From NCBI GenBank assembly GCA_036399435.1, contig DASWND010000162.1, forward strand, positions 6,280 to 70,279: a stretch of DNA of 64,000 nucleotides. The letters run 5' to 3'. The translations under genes were made by a program, and so were the position numbers. Under the pieces are notes generated by a model. It saw nothing but the letters and a program-made list of their open reading frames with translations, had not been told where the DNA came from and made no database searches. Positions 45,066 to 54,306 of the stretch are shown here, one piece after another. This DNA comes from Flavobacterium sp. Lineage in GTDB: Bacteria > Bacteroidota > Bacteroidia > Flavobacteriales > Flavobacteriaceae. How positions within the stretch are numbered: position 1 is the first letter of the stretch; the number at the start of each line of letters is the position of its first letter.

Positions 45066-46427
45066 TCAGCCAAACAACCCGCTTGCGATATCTTCGATCT
45101 TAGATACAAAGTGTATTTTTATGTTGCAATTTTTGACTGTAATTTTGTTGTATTTTGAAATAAAAATCGTCGAAAATCCTAGTTTTTCTGCTTCTTGTAT
45201 GCGCTGGTCGACGCGATTAACGGGACGTATTTCACCCGAAAGGCCGACTTCACCCGCAAAGCAAAATTCTTTACTAATCGGAATATCCTCATTTGAAGAC
45301 AAAATTGCAGCGACGACGGCAAGATCTATTGCAGGATCATCTACCGAAAGTCCGCCTGTCACATTTAAAAAAACATCTTTGGTTCCGAGCCTGAAGCCTG
45401 CACGTTTCTCAAGCACGGCAAGGATCATGTTTAATCGCTTGGCATTATAACCTGTCGTGCTTCGCTGTGGAGTTCCATAAACAGCAGTGCTGACAAGTGC
45501 CTGAATTTCTATCATTAAAGGACGCATTCCCTCAACTGTTGTCGCAATTGCGGTTCCTGAGAGCGATTCCTCATGGTGGGAAATTAGAATTTCTGATGGA
45601 TTGGAGACTTCGCGAAGTCCGCTTCCATGCATTTCATATATGCCAAGCTCTGCTGTTGATCCAAAACGGTTTTTGAGCGATCGCAAAATCCTGTACATGT
45701 GGTTACGGTCACCTTCAAACTGAAGGACAGTATCAACCATGTGTTCAAGTATTTTCGGCCCGGCTATATTCCCATCTTTGGTGATATGTCCAATCAAAAT
45801 AACCGGTATGTTGCTTTCTTTTGCAAATTTTATCAGTTCTGCGGTGCATTCGCGGATTTGCGAAATGCTTCCGGCACTTGATTCAATATACTCTGTGTGC
45901 AGCGTCTGAATAGAATCTATTATCACGACATCCGGCTGTATTTCCTGAATTTGCCGAAAGATATTCTGCGTCTTTGTCTCGGTTAATATGTAGCAGTTTT
46001 CGCTGTTGGGTGTGATCCTGTCAGCGCGCATTTTTATTTGTTTTTGGCTTTCTTCGCCGGATACATATAATGTTTTATACGGCAGTCGAAGTGAAATCTG
46101 AAGTAATAATGTGCTTTTGCCAATTCCGGGTTCACCTCCCAAAAGGATCATTGAACCGGGCACAATTCCGCCGCCTAGAACGCGGTTGAGTTCGTTATCG
46201 CACGTGTCCATTCTGACTTCCTCGGTCGAATCAATATCAGCAATTTTTAAAGGCTTTACTGCCTTTACCATTGTTGAACCGCTTTCTTTCCAGGCCGGAG
46301 TTTCCTGTTTTTGAATTATTTCTTCAGCAATCGTGTTCCATTCTTTGCAGGAGTTGCACTGGCCTTGCCAACGTGCGTAGGAGGCTCCGCAGTTCTGGCA
46401 GTAGAACGCGGTCTTTATTTTGGTCAT
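45066..46427 (-). CDS. radA: DNA repair protein RadA/Sms
   Basis: 453 aa with an N-terminal Zn finger (CQNCGA..CNSCKEWNT), Walker A GGEPGIGKSTLLLQ, a KNRFG motif and a Lon-like C-domain. Confidence 0.95.
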   Translation of the reverse strand: MTKIKTAFYCQNCGASYARWQGQCNSCKEWNTIAEEIIQKQETPAWKESGSTMVKAVKPLKIADIDSTEEVRMDTCDNELNRVLGGGIVPGSMILLGGEPGIGKSTLLLQISLRLPYKTLYVSGEESQKQIKMRADRITPNSENCYILTETKTQNIFRQIQEIQPDVVIIDSIQTLHTEYIESSAGSISQIRECTAELIKFAKESNIPVILIGHITKDGNIAGPKILEHMVDTVLQFEGDRNHMYRILRSLKNRFGSTAELGIYEMHGSGLREVSNPSEILISHHEESLSGTAIATTVEGMRPLMIEIQALVSTAVYGTPQRSTTGYNAKRLNMILAVLEKRAGFRLGTKDVFLNVTGGLSVDDPAIDLAVVAAILSSNEDIPISKEFCFAGEVGLSGEIRPVNRVDQRIQEAEKLGFSTIFISKYNKITVKNCNIKIHFVSKIEDIASGLFG

Positions 46428-46432
46428 TTAAA

Positions 46433-47572
46433 TTACATGTTTTTTAGATCCTCTGCTTTTTCAAGCATCATGTCTTTAGTAAGGTCACCGATTTCTTCCT
46501 TCTGAAAAGCACTTTGATATGATTTGGCTGCTCGTTTCGCGTCGCCTTTCTTTTCATACATCATTCCGAGGTGGTAGTCAGAAAGCATGCTTTTAGGATA
46601 ATTCTTTTTGGCAATACCCGAAAGTTTTTCGAATTCATCGTAGGCTTTATTTTTCAGGATTGCAGCTTCAATTGCCTTGAAATCGTTGATTCGGACTTGG
46701 ATATCCATACCCAATGCTTTTTCCATCGAATCATATTTGCTGATTAAATAATCGACATATCCTGCAGTCAGTGGCGCTATTTTTTCATTAAATTCAGATG
46801 ACGAAATCGGTTGGTACGCTGCGAAAAACTGATACAATGCACTTGGAATCGAGTACAGAACCATCGAGTAATGCGAAGAACCTTTAAACTCGTCGAACTT
46901 GTAGTTCAGAGTCGGCTTTTTGATTGCCTTCGCAGCATCATCCATTTTTTTATTTCGAGCCTGCATTTTTTTCATATCGCCGTCAGCAGAAGAATGATAG
47001 TAGAAAATGGGTTGTGTAATTGCGGCCAAACGTGCAGGAAGTTGTTCTTCCATACCTGGTGGAAGCTCAGGGCTAAGTGATATATAACCTGTAAATAGTG
47101 GCTGCTCCTTATACAGATAAAGATTTAAAAAACCTGCAGTCACATCGTGTCCCGCAATAATTTTAAAAGGTGCAACGCGATACTGCTTTTCCATTGCGCT
47201 CACAACTTCACCGATGAATTCAAAAAATTGAGCGCCTTTCTCTTCAGGCAATCCAGTTTGCGGATCAACGGCAGTATCAGCTTCGCGGTCAAAGCCTTTG
47301 TTTTGGTTTATGCCAACAATGATCATTTCCGGAAGATCGTCCCAATATGCGCCATAGCTCAAGGCGCCTTGAAAAGGATCGAACAAATATTCACCATCAA
47401 GAAGCACCAGCAAAGGGTACTTTTTTCCGGGATTTGATTTATAGCTTTCCGGAACGCCAATCGTAATTACGCGGTCTTCGTCAAGTTTTTGCGAATGGAT
47501 GGTGTCAGTAATTTTTTGCGCTGAAGCTGAAATCGTCAGGAAACAAAAGGCCGCGATGATGATGCTTTTCAT
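46433..47572 (-). CDS. Secreted esterase-family alpha/beta hydrolase with C-terminal TPR-like region
   Basis: 379 aa with a signal peptide and an esterase-family pattern (YPLLVLLDGEYLFDPF, IIAGHDVTAGF). Confidence 0.65.
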   Translation of the reverse strand: MKSIIIAAFCFLTISASAQKITDTIHSQKLDEDRVITIGVPESYKSNPGKKYPLLVLLDGEYLFDPFQGALSYGAYWDDLPEMIIVGINQNKGFDREADTAVDPQTGLPEEKGAQFFEFIGEVVSAMEKQYRVAPFKIIAGHDVTAGFLNLYLYKEQPLFTGYISLSPELPPGMEEQLPARLAAITQPIFYYHSSADGDMKKMQARNKKMDDAAKAIKKPTLNYKFDEFKGSSHYSMVLYSIPSALYQFFAAYQPISSSEFNEKIAPLTAGYVDYLISKYDSMEKALGMDIQVRINDFKAIEAAILKNKAYDEFEKLSGIAKKNYPKSMLSDYHLGMMYEKKGDAKRAAKSYQSAFQKEEIGDLTKDMMLEKAEDLKNM

Positions 47573-47634
47573 AGTAAAAATTTTAAGGATGGATCAATAG
47601 CCGGAAAGTGTATTAATGCCCGCCAATATAACAA

Positions 47635-48597
47635 TTATTTGCTACGGTTCAGCAGTGGCAAAAGTGCAAATGAAAGCAAACCAAGAAGTATGATCAGCAA
47701 CGTCTGTGATATCCAGACGAGCCAGCCGAAAGCAGTTCCAATGGTTTCAGGAATTCCGTATAGAAGAAAGATCTGCGCGATCAATAGTGGATATGCGCCG
47801 AATCCGCTATTAGTAAAACCAATAGCAAGGCTGCCAAACACAAACGCAGTTATGAGCGCACCAAATCCGATTCCGCTGGTTTCTGGCAGTGCCAAAACCG
47901 TGATATAAAACATCAGAATGTATGTAATCCAGATAAAAAAGGAGTGTAGTAAAAATGGCAGTTTATCAGGCATATGATAGACGCTGAATATGCCTTCCAT
48001 CAATCCTGATACTTTACTCTTTAACAATAGGATGATTTTCCATTTTGAATAGATCCAAAGCAAAATAAATACGATCATGAACACAAAACATGCTACGGCC
48101 AATAGTGCAAGTTTTTCAATCGGAATGTTTTCGGTCACGAACTTGTGGAGGATGTCGAATTGGAAGATCAGCGAAATCACTACGCATATCAAAAAAATCA
48201 GCAGATCAACCACGCGTTCGGCTACAATGGTTCCAAATGCTTTATCAAACGGAACGTCTTCGTATTTTTTAAGGATCACCGCGCGCGATATTTCACCTGA
48301 ACGCGGAATGCTGAGGTTGATGAAATATGCAATGCATACGGCAAAAAGATTGTTATGGAATTTTGGATGGTATCCAAGGTGCGAAAGCATGTATTTCCAC
48401 CGATAAGCTCTTGATAGAAATCCAAAAATCGCGATAACAAGAGAAAGTCCCACATAAAAATAATCAGCTTTTTGAAAATAGCTTTTCATCTCATGCAGCT
48501 CCGATGTCGAAAAATTATTGAATTGATATGCTATCAGGAAGATTCCCAGCAACAGTGGAAGAACGATCGACAGAAATTTGCTGATCCTGCTTCTCAA
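47635..48597 (-). CDS. Polytopic membrane protein, lysylphosphatidylglycerol-synthase TM-region/flippase-like (UPF0104) family
   Basis: 320 aa with ~8 TM segments. The pattern RAYRWKYML...PRSGEISRA is typical of this family. Confidence 0.55.
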   Translation of the reverse strand: MRSRISKFLSIVLPLLLGIFLIAYQFNNFSTSELHEMKSYFQKADYFYVGLSLVIAIFGFLSRAYRWKYMLSHLGYHPKFHNNLFAVCIAYFINLSIPRSGEISRAVILKKYEDVPFDKAFGTIVAERVVDLLIFLICVVISLIFQFDILHKFVTENIPIEKLALLAVACFVFMIVFILLWIYSKWKIILLLKSKVSGLMEGIFSVYHMPDKLPFLLHSFFIWITYILMFYITVLALPETSGIGFGALITAFVFGSLAIGFTNSGFGAYPLLIAQIFLLYGIPETIGTAFGWLVWISQTLLIILLGLLSFALLPLLNRSK

Positions 48598-48600
48598 AAG

Positions 48601-48951
48601 TTATCTTAGGGAATTTGTCTTCTCATCAGGAAAAACGAGGCTTGGTTTAAAATTCAGCGCTTCCTCCTGGCTGCAAATGCCATAAGCAATGATGATGATG
48701 ATGTCGCCCTTTTGGACTTTTCGGGCTGATGGTCCGTTCAAGGTAATATCACCGCTGTTTCTATTTCCTTTGATGGCATAAGTCTCGAGACGTTCGCCGT
48801 TATTGATGTTTACAATAGCGACTTTTTCACCTTCAACTATGTTGGCGGCTTCCATAAGAACCTCATCAATAGTGATGCTGCCCATATAGTTTAGATCGGC
48901 ACCTGTAACGGTGACCCTGTGAATTTTCGACTTTACAACGTGAATTTGCAT
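48601..48951 (-). CDS. panD: Aspartate 1-decarboxylase
   Basis: 116 aa. The sequence is [30 protein letters not shown], with the self-cleavage Gly-Ser site. Confidence 0.95.
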   Translation of the reverse strand: MQIHVVKSKIHRVTVTGADLNYMGSITIDEVLMEAANIVEGEKVAIVNINNGERLETYAIKGNRNSGDITLNGPSARKVQKGDIIIIIAYGICSQEEALNFKPSLVFPDEKTNSLR

Positions 48952-48964
48952 GGCGCAAAGGTAA

Positions 48965-49810
48965 TTAATTTAGTGAAATGGTATCGATCAGGCGTATTTT
49001 GTTGACAAAAACAGCAATAAACGCACGGTATTTACCTCCGGGTGTTAATTCTGTGACTGGCTCAAGCGTTTCTTCATCTGCGATTTCAAAGTATTCAAGT
49101 TTAAAATCTGGTTTTTGATGTAGTAAAGCCTGAACATCGGCAGCGATTGTGCTAACATCAATAATGCCAAATCGTTCCCTGACATGCTGCAGCGTTTTGT
49201 AAATAACCGACGCATCTGAACGTTCCTGCGCGGATAGACGTTCGTTGCGCGAACTCATTGCCAGTCCGTTTATCTCGCGATATATCGGACATGCGACGAT
49301 ATTAACGGGAAGTTTGTATTTTGAAGCTAATTTTCGGATGATCTGCAGCTGCTGGAAATCCTTTTCTCCAAAATATGCATTTGCAGGCTTAACTATTGTG
49401 AACAGCATCCTGACAATTGTTCCTACTCCGTCAAAATGTCCGGCACGAAATCGGCCTTCCATTTTGTTCTCAAGACCATCGAAATCGAAATGTTCTGACT
49501 CAGTCTTACCTCTGTAAAGATCTTCTGTTTCGGGAGCGTATACAATGATATCATTGCTGACACTGCTGATCTTGTCAATGTCATTCTCAAGTGTACGTGG
49601 ATACTTCTCGAGATCGTCGCTATTGTTGAACTGCGTCGGATTGACAAAGATGCTGATTACAGTTACCGTGTTATTTTGGATTGAGGTCTTCAACAGCGAT
49701 AGATGGCCTTCATGCAGAGCGCCCATTGTTGGCACGAAACCAATAGTTTTGGGAAGCGGCAACGATTCAAGATGGAGTGACAGGTCAGCCTGCTTGTTGA
49801 AAATCAGCAT
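48965..49810 (-). CDS. panC: Pantoate--beta-alanine ligase
   Basis: 281 aa. Motifs [13 protein letters not shown] and FGEKDFQQ. Confidence 0.95.
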   Translation of the reverse strand: MLIFNKQADLSLHLESLPLPKTIGFVPTMGALHEGHLSLLKTSIQNNTVTVISIFVNPTQFNNSDDLEKYPRTLENDIDKISSVSNDIIVYAPETEDLYRGKTESEHFDFDGLENKMEGRFRAGHFDGVGTIVRMLFTIVKPANAYFGEKDFQQLQIIRKLASKYKLPVNIVACPIYREINGLAMSSRNERLSAQERSDASVIYKTLQHVRERFGIIDVSTIAADVQALLHQKPDFKLEYFEIADEETLEPVTELTPGGKYRAFIAVFVNKIRLIDTISLN

Positions 49811-49832
49811 GTAAATTCGCTTAAATAGTCTG

Positions 49833-49840
49833 CAAAATTA
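49833..49840 (-). promoter_or_regulatory. Bacteroidota -7 box (TAATTTTG) for panCD
   Basis: Exact TAnnTTTG match on the minus strand, 23 nt upstream of the ATG at 49810. Confidence 0.45.
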
Positions 49841-49871
49841 AGATTAAAGTTCAACACTGCGTAAATTTTTG

Positions 49872-49879
49872 TAATTTTG
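49872..49879 (+). promoter_or_regulatory. Bacteroidota -7 box (TAATTTTG) for the glycogen-synthase-like gene
   Basis: Exact TAnnTTTG match, 36 nt upstream of the ATG at 49915. Confidence 0.45.
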
Positions 49880-49914
49880 CATGCTTTTTATTGGCAATAA
49901 ATAATATACAAAAT

Positions 49915-50721
49915 ATGGAGGATAAGAGGATATTGTATGTATCATCTGAAGTAGTGCCATACCTGGCTGAAAATGAAGTTTCCTCGATGTCTTACGACGT
50001 CCCGAAAATGATCAATGATCAGGGTTGTCAGATCAGGATTTTTATGCCGCGTTACGGTAACATAAACGAAAGAAGACATCAATTGCATGAGGTTATCAGG
50101 CTATCGGGTATGAACCTGGTTGTAAATGATCTTGATATGCCGCTTATCATCAAAGTAGCTTCGATCCCAAAGGAACGGATCCAGGTTTATTTTATTGACA
50201 ATGACGAATATTTCAAACGTAAAGCGACCTTTACAGATGAAGAGGGTACATTGTATCCCGACAATGATGAACGTGCCATATTTTTTGCAAAGGGCGTTGT
50301 AGAAACCGTTAAGAAGTTAAATTGGGTACCGGATATCATTCACGTACACGGCTGGCTCGCCGCAATGCTTCCGGTGTACATGAAACATTATTACAAAGAC
50401 GAAGCGCTTTTTGCGCAGACTAAAATTGTGACATCAGTGTACAGTCAGGGGTTTGAAGGCACTCTGAACATGGAAATGATCAACAAAGTAAAGTTTGATG
50501 GGATTCCGGCTGAATCAATTGCATTGCTTGAGACGCCGTCATATGAGAATATAATAAAAGTGTCGATTAACCATTCAGATGCAGTGGTTGTGGCTTCAGA
50601 AAACCTGTCTCCAGATTTAACACAATTTATTGAATCCTCAGATAAACCTTTTTTACCTTTCGCGTCCAAAGAAAATTTTGGCGAAGCATACACCAATTTC
50701 TACAAAAACACTGTTCTATAA
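49915..50721 (+). CDS. Short glycogen/starch-synthase-like protein (N-terminal GT5 domain only)
   Basis: I chose the ATG at 49915, giving MEDKRILYVSSEVVPY. The size (~268 aa) is typical of flavobacterial homologues. The track ORF starts at an upstream TTG. Confidence 0.7.
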   Translation: MEDKRILYVSSEVVPYLAENEVSSMSYDVPKMINDQGCQIRIFMPRYGNINERRHQLHEVIRLSGMNLVVNDLDMPLIIKVASIPKERIQVYFIDNDEYFKRKATFTDEEGTLYPDNDERAIFFAKGVVETVKKLNWVPDIIHVHGWLAAMLPVYMKHYYKDEALFAQTKIVTSVYSQGFEGTLNMEMINKVKFDGIPAESIALLETPSYENIIKVSINHSDAVVVASENLSPDLTQFIESSDKPFLPFASKENFGEAYTNFYKNTVL

Positions 50722-50736
50722 ATTTTTAATATACAC

Positions 50737-52350
50737 ATGACATACACTTCTTTTTTTAAAAGTGCTTTTTTATTTTGTACGATTCTCCTCTTTGCATCAT
50801 GCGATAAAGATTTTAACGAAATTGGGGCGGATGTAGTCGGAGATGACAACTTCGGGTTTGAAGTTGACTCCCTTAGCACTGTTAAAGCATATAATCAGGC
50901 ATATAATCAGGGTTTACAAGGGGTGCAGACAAATAATCTGCCGATCAATGCCCTGGGATATTACAACAATCCGGTTTTCGGAAAAACAATTGCAAGTTTT
51001 GTTACGCAGCTTGAATTAGCAGTTACAAATCCGACTATCGGAGAAAACCCTAGCGTTCTGGAAGTTGAATTGACCGTTCCTTATTTTAGCCGTCTTGTCT
51101 CAACAGACCTTGATGGTGATAACACTTACCGGCTGGACTCCATTTACGGGGCATCAAATATAAAACTCGGAATTTACGCATCGAACTATTACCTGCGCGA
51201 TTTCGATCCTGAATCTGGATTTACCCAGCCACAGCGTTATTATTCTGATCAGTTTGACATTTTTAATAGTTCTCTTGATGATCCGCAACGGCTTAACAAC
51301 GGTTCTGCCTCTGATAATGATTCGTTCTTTTTTAATGATGATGAATTGTTGACATACGAGACGAACGATGATGATCAGCAGGTTGTTGCAGACCGTTCGG
51401 CGCCTGCACTCAGGATGTTGCTTAGAAAGGAATATTTCCAGCAAAAGCTGTTCGGTGCCGCTGCTGCAGGTCAGCTTGCAAATAATAATGTCTTTAAAGA
51501 GTATTTCCGGGGATTGTTTTTTAAAGTGGAACCGTCGGATGTTTCGCTTGAACAGGGAAGCCTCGCCATGATCAACTTCGGACAAGGAAAAATCAATATC
51601 AAATATGAAGTTGATGGTGCGACTGCAGGTTCACGTGTTGAAAAAACTATGGTGCTGAATCTGGCTGGGAATACAGTGAATCTGTTTCAGAATATTTACA
51701 AGCCAGAATACCTGGCTGCCACGGCAAATGTCGATCAGGTTAACGGAGATGAAAGGTTATATCTGAAAGGTGGACAAGGTTCGTTGGCCGTTATTGAACT
51801 TTTCGGACCTGATTTAGATAATAATGGAGTAGCTGACGAACTTGATGAAATCCGGACCAAAGGCTGGCTGATCAATGAAGCGAACCTTACCTTCCAAATT
51901 GATAAAAATGCGATGGGCACAGCTCCGGAACCACAGCGTATTTATCTCTATGACCTGGATAATGAGAGACCTCTAATCGATTATTATACTGATGTAACGG
52001 CAACAGGAAATGCTAAGTTTAATAAAACGCTTCACGGTGGTTTGATAAAGCGCGAAAATATTCCGGGTGGTCGTGGTGTGGAGTATAAAATTAGAATAAC
52101 TAATCACATACGAAATTTGGTAAAACCCGATATTGATTCAACTAATGTGCGGCTCGGGCTTGTTGTTACTGAGAGTATAAACACAGTTGCGAATGCACGT
52201 TTGAGAACAGCAGTTTCCCCTGAAATCGATAAAATTCCAGTGGCTAGCGCGATGAATCAGCTTGGAACAGTGCTTTACGGTACACATCCAAATGTATCTG
52301 CGGCAAAAAGCGTGAAGCTAAAAATTTATTACACTAAAGAAAACGAATAG
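50737..52350 (+). CDS. DUF4270-family lipoprotein
   Basis: 537 aa with lipobox LLFASC. It has the conserved flavobacterial position between the glycogen-synthase-like gene and glmS. The family call is from memory of this synteny. Confidence 0.6.
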   Translation: MTYTSFFKSAFLFCTILLFASCDKDFNEIGADVVGDDNFGFEVDSLSTVKAYNQAYNQGLQGVQTNNLPINALGYYNNPVFGKTIASFVTQLELAVTNPTIGENPSVLEVELTVPYFSRLVSTDLDGDNTYRLDSIYGASNIKLGIYASNYYLRDFDPESGFTQPQRYYSDQFDIFNSSLDDPQRLNNGSASDNDSFFFNDDELLTYETNDDDQQVVADRSAPALRMLLRKEYFQQKLFGAAAAGQLANNNVFKEYFRGLFFKVEPSDVSLEQGSLAMINFGQGKINIKYEVDGATAGSRVEKTMVLNLAGNTVNLFQNIYKPEYLAATANVDQVNGDERLYLKGGQGSLAVIELFGPDLDNNGVADELDEIRTKGWLINEANLTFQIDKNAMGTAPEPQRIYLYDLDNERPLIDYYTDVTATGNAKFNKTLHGGLIKRENIPGGRGVEYKIRITNHIRNLVKPDIDSTNVRLGLVVTESINTVANARLRTAVSPEIDKIPVASAMNQLGTVLYGTHPNVSAAKSVKLKIYYTKENE

Positions 52351-52352
52351 GT

Positions 52353-54200
52353 ATGTGTGGAATTGTTGGTTATATAGGAAACAGACAGGCATACCCGATC
52401 ATCATAAAGGGCCTGCAACGTCTCGAATATCGGGGATATGATAGCGCAGGCGTAATGCTTTATGACGACAACGAGCTAAAAGTTTCAAAGACAAAAGGAA
52501 AAGTTTCAGACCTTGAAGCAAAATCAGGAGCTGAAATGAATACGAAGGGAACAATCGGAATGGGTCATACACGTTGGGCGACACACGGAGTCCCAAATGA
52601 TGTCAATTCTCATCCACACCTTTCAAATTCCGGAAATCTTGCTATAATCCACAATGGAATTATCGAAAATTACGCTCCACTAAAACAGGAGCTGATAAAA
52701 AGAGGATACACATTCACCTCTGATACTGACACGGAAGTTTTGGTAAACTTAATTGAAGACGTTCAGAAAAAAGACGGATTAAAGCTTGGAAAAGCAGTAC
52801 AGGTTGCGCTTAACCAGGTTATTGGTGCTTATGCAATTTGTGTTTTCGACAAAAATAAGCCTGATGAAATAATAGTTGCGAGACTGGGAAGTCCGCTTGC
52901 AATTGGAGTTGGTGAAGATGAATTTTTTATCGCTTCTGATGCCTCGCCATTTATAGAATATACATCCAATGCAATTTACCTCGAAGATGAGGAGATGGCA
53001 ATTGTAAGAATGCATAAGCCTCTGAAAGTTCGAAAGATCAAGGATGACACTTTGGTCGATCCATACGTTCAGGAGCTTCAAATGAATCTTGAACAAATTG
53101 AAAAAGGTGGTTACGACCACTTTATGTTGAAAGAGATATACGAACAGCCAAATGTCGTAAAAGATACTTGCCGCGGAAGATTGCTTGCCAATGAAGGAAT
53201 TATTCAAATGGCAGGTATAGAAGACAATCTCGAAAAGTTCCTGAATGCAAACCGGATTTTAATCGTTGCCTGCGGAACCTCATGGCACGCGGGACTTGTA
53301 GCGGAATACATCTTTGAAGAATTTGCAAGGATTCCCGTGGAAGTAGAATATGCTTCCGAATTCCGTTACCGCAACCCCGTTATAAACAAAGGTGATATTT
53401 TAATAGCCATTTCCCAATCGGGAGAAACTGCTGATACGCTTGCTGCCATTAAGCTTGCTAAAGAACGTGGCGCATTTGTCTTCGGCGTCTGTAACGTTGT
53501 AGGTTCATCAATTTCAAGAGAGACCAATGCCGGAGCTTATACTCATGCAGGTCCTGAAATTGGAGTTGCCTCTACAAAAGCATTTACTACACAAATTACT
53601 GTTTTGACGATGATCGCGCTAAGGCTTGCAAAAGCTAAAGGAACATTATCAAATACTGATTTCCACAGATATTTATCGGAACTTGACATAATGCCTGTAA
53701 AAATCAGTGAGGCACTTGAAACAAACGATCAGGCAAAAATCATTGCTGCTGAATTTAAAGACGCGCCTAATTGCTTGTATTTAGGTCGTGGCTATAACTT
53801 CCCTGTAGCACTTGAAGGTGCGCTTAAATTAAAAGAGATCTCGTACATACACGCTGAAGGTTATCCTGCGGCTGAAATGAAACACGGGCCTATTGCACTT
53901 ATAGACGAACATATGCCCGTTATTGTCATCGCTCCAAAACAAGGACATTACGACAAGATCGTCAGCAACATTCAGGAAATTAAATCCCGCAGCGGACGAA
54001 TTATCGCTATTGTAACAAAGGGTGATACACAGGTCAGAGACCTTGCAGATTATGTAATCGAAGTACCTGATACTTCGGATGCTTTATCGCCGCTTTTAAC
54101 AACAATTCCGCTTCAGCTTTTGTCGTATCATATTGCAGTGATGAGAGGCTGCAACGTAGATCAGCCGCGCAATCTTGCGAAGTCTGTAACTGTGGAATAA
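52353..54200 (+). CDS. glmS: Glutamine--fructose-6-phosphate aminotransferase
   Basis: 615 aa with MCGIVGYIG at the N-terminus, two SIS domains and a C-terminal ...AKSVTVE. Confidence 0.96.
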   Translation: MCGIVGYIGNRQAYPIIIKGLQRLEYRGYDSAGVMLYDDNELKVSKTKGKVSDLEAKSGAEMNTKGTIGMGHTRWATHGVPNDVNSHPHLSNSGNLAIIHNGIIENYAPLKQELIKRGYTFTSDTDTEVLVNLIEDVQKKDGLKLGKAVQVALNQVIGAYAICVFDKNKPDEIIVARLGSPLAIGVGEDEFFIASDASPFIEYTSNAIYLEDEEMAIVRMHKPLKVRKIKDDTLVDPYVQELQMNLEQIEKGGYDHFMLKEIYEQPNVVKDTCRGRLLANEGIIQMAGIEDNLEKFLNANRILIVACGTSWHAGLVAEYIFEEFARIPVEVEYASEFRYRNPVINKGDILIAISQSGETADTLAAIKLAKERGAFVFGVCNVVGSSISRETNAGAYTHAGPEIGVASTKAFTTQITVLTMIALRLAKAKGTLSNTDFHRYLSELDIMPVKISEALETNDQAKIIAAEFKDAPNCLYLGRGYNFPVALEGALKLKEISYIHAEGYPAAEMKHGPIALIDEHMPVIVIAPKQGHYDKIVSNIQEIKSRSGRIIAIVTKGDTQVRDLADYVIEVPDTSDALSPLLTTIPLQLLSYHIAVMRGCNVDQPRNLAKSVTVE

Positions 54201-54229
54201 TAGAGGTTTTACCTTCGAAATTATCAAAA

Positions 54230-54252
54230 GCGGAATTTATTCCGCTTTTTTT
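54230..54252 (+). terminator. Rho-independent terminator after glmS
   Basis: gcggaa-ttta-ttccgc followed by ttttttt. Confidence 0.8.
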
Positions 54253-54306
54253 ATTGATGTCGAAAAATATTGTACTTTGGCTCGCAAACTAACTAAACTT
54301 TAACAA

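Noticed and set aside
52330-52353. A glmS ribozyme upstream of glmS, and an M-box riboswitch upstream of mgtE (32664).
   Set aside because: glmS starts 2 nt after the preceding gene, and mgtE overlaps rsmA by 11 nt. There is no leader in which a riboswitch could reside.
54254-54280. A possible promoter for the TonB receptor (ttg..N17..gtactttgg).
   Set aside because: The -7 element is one T short of TAnnTTTG. I kept only exact matches as promoter features.
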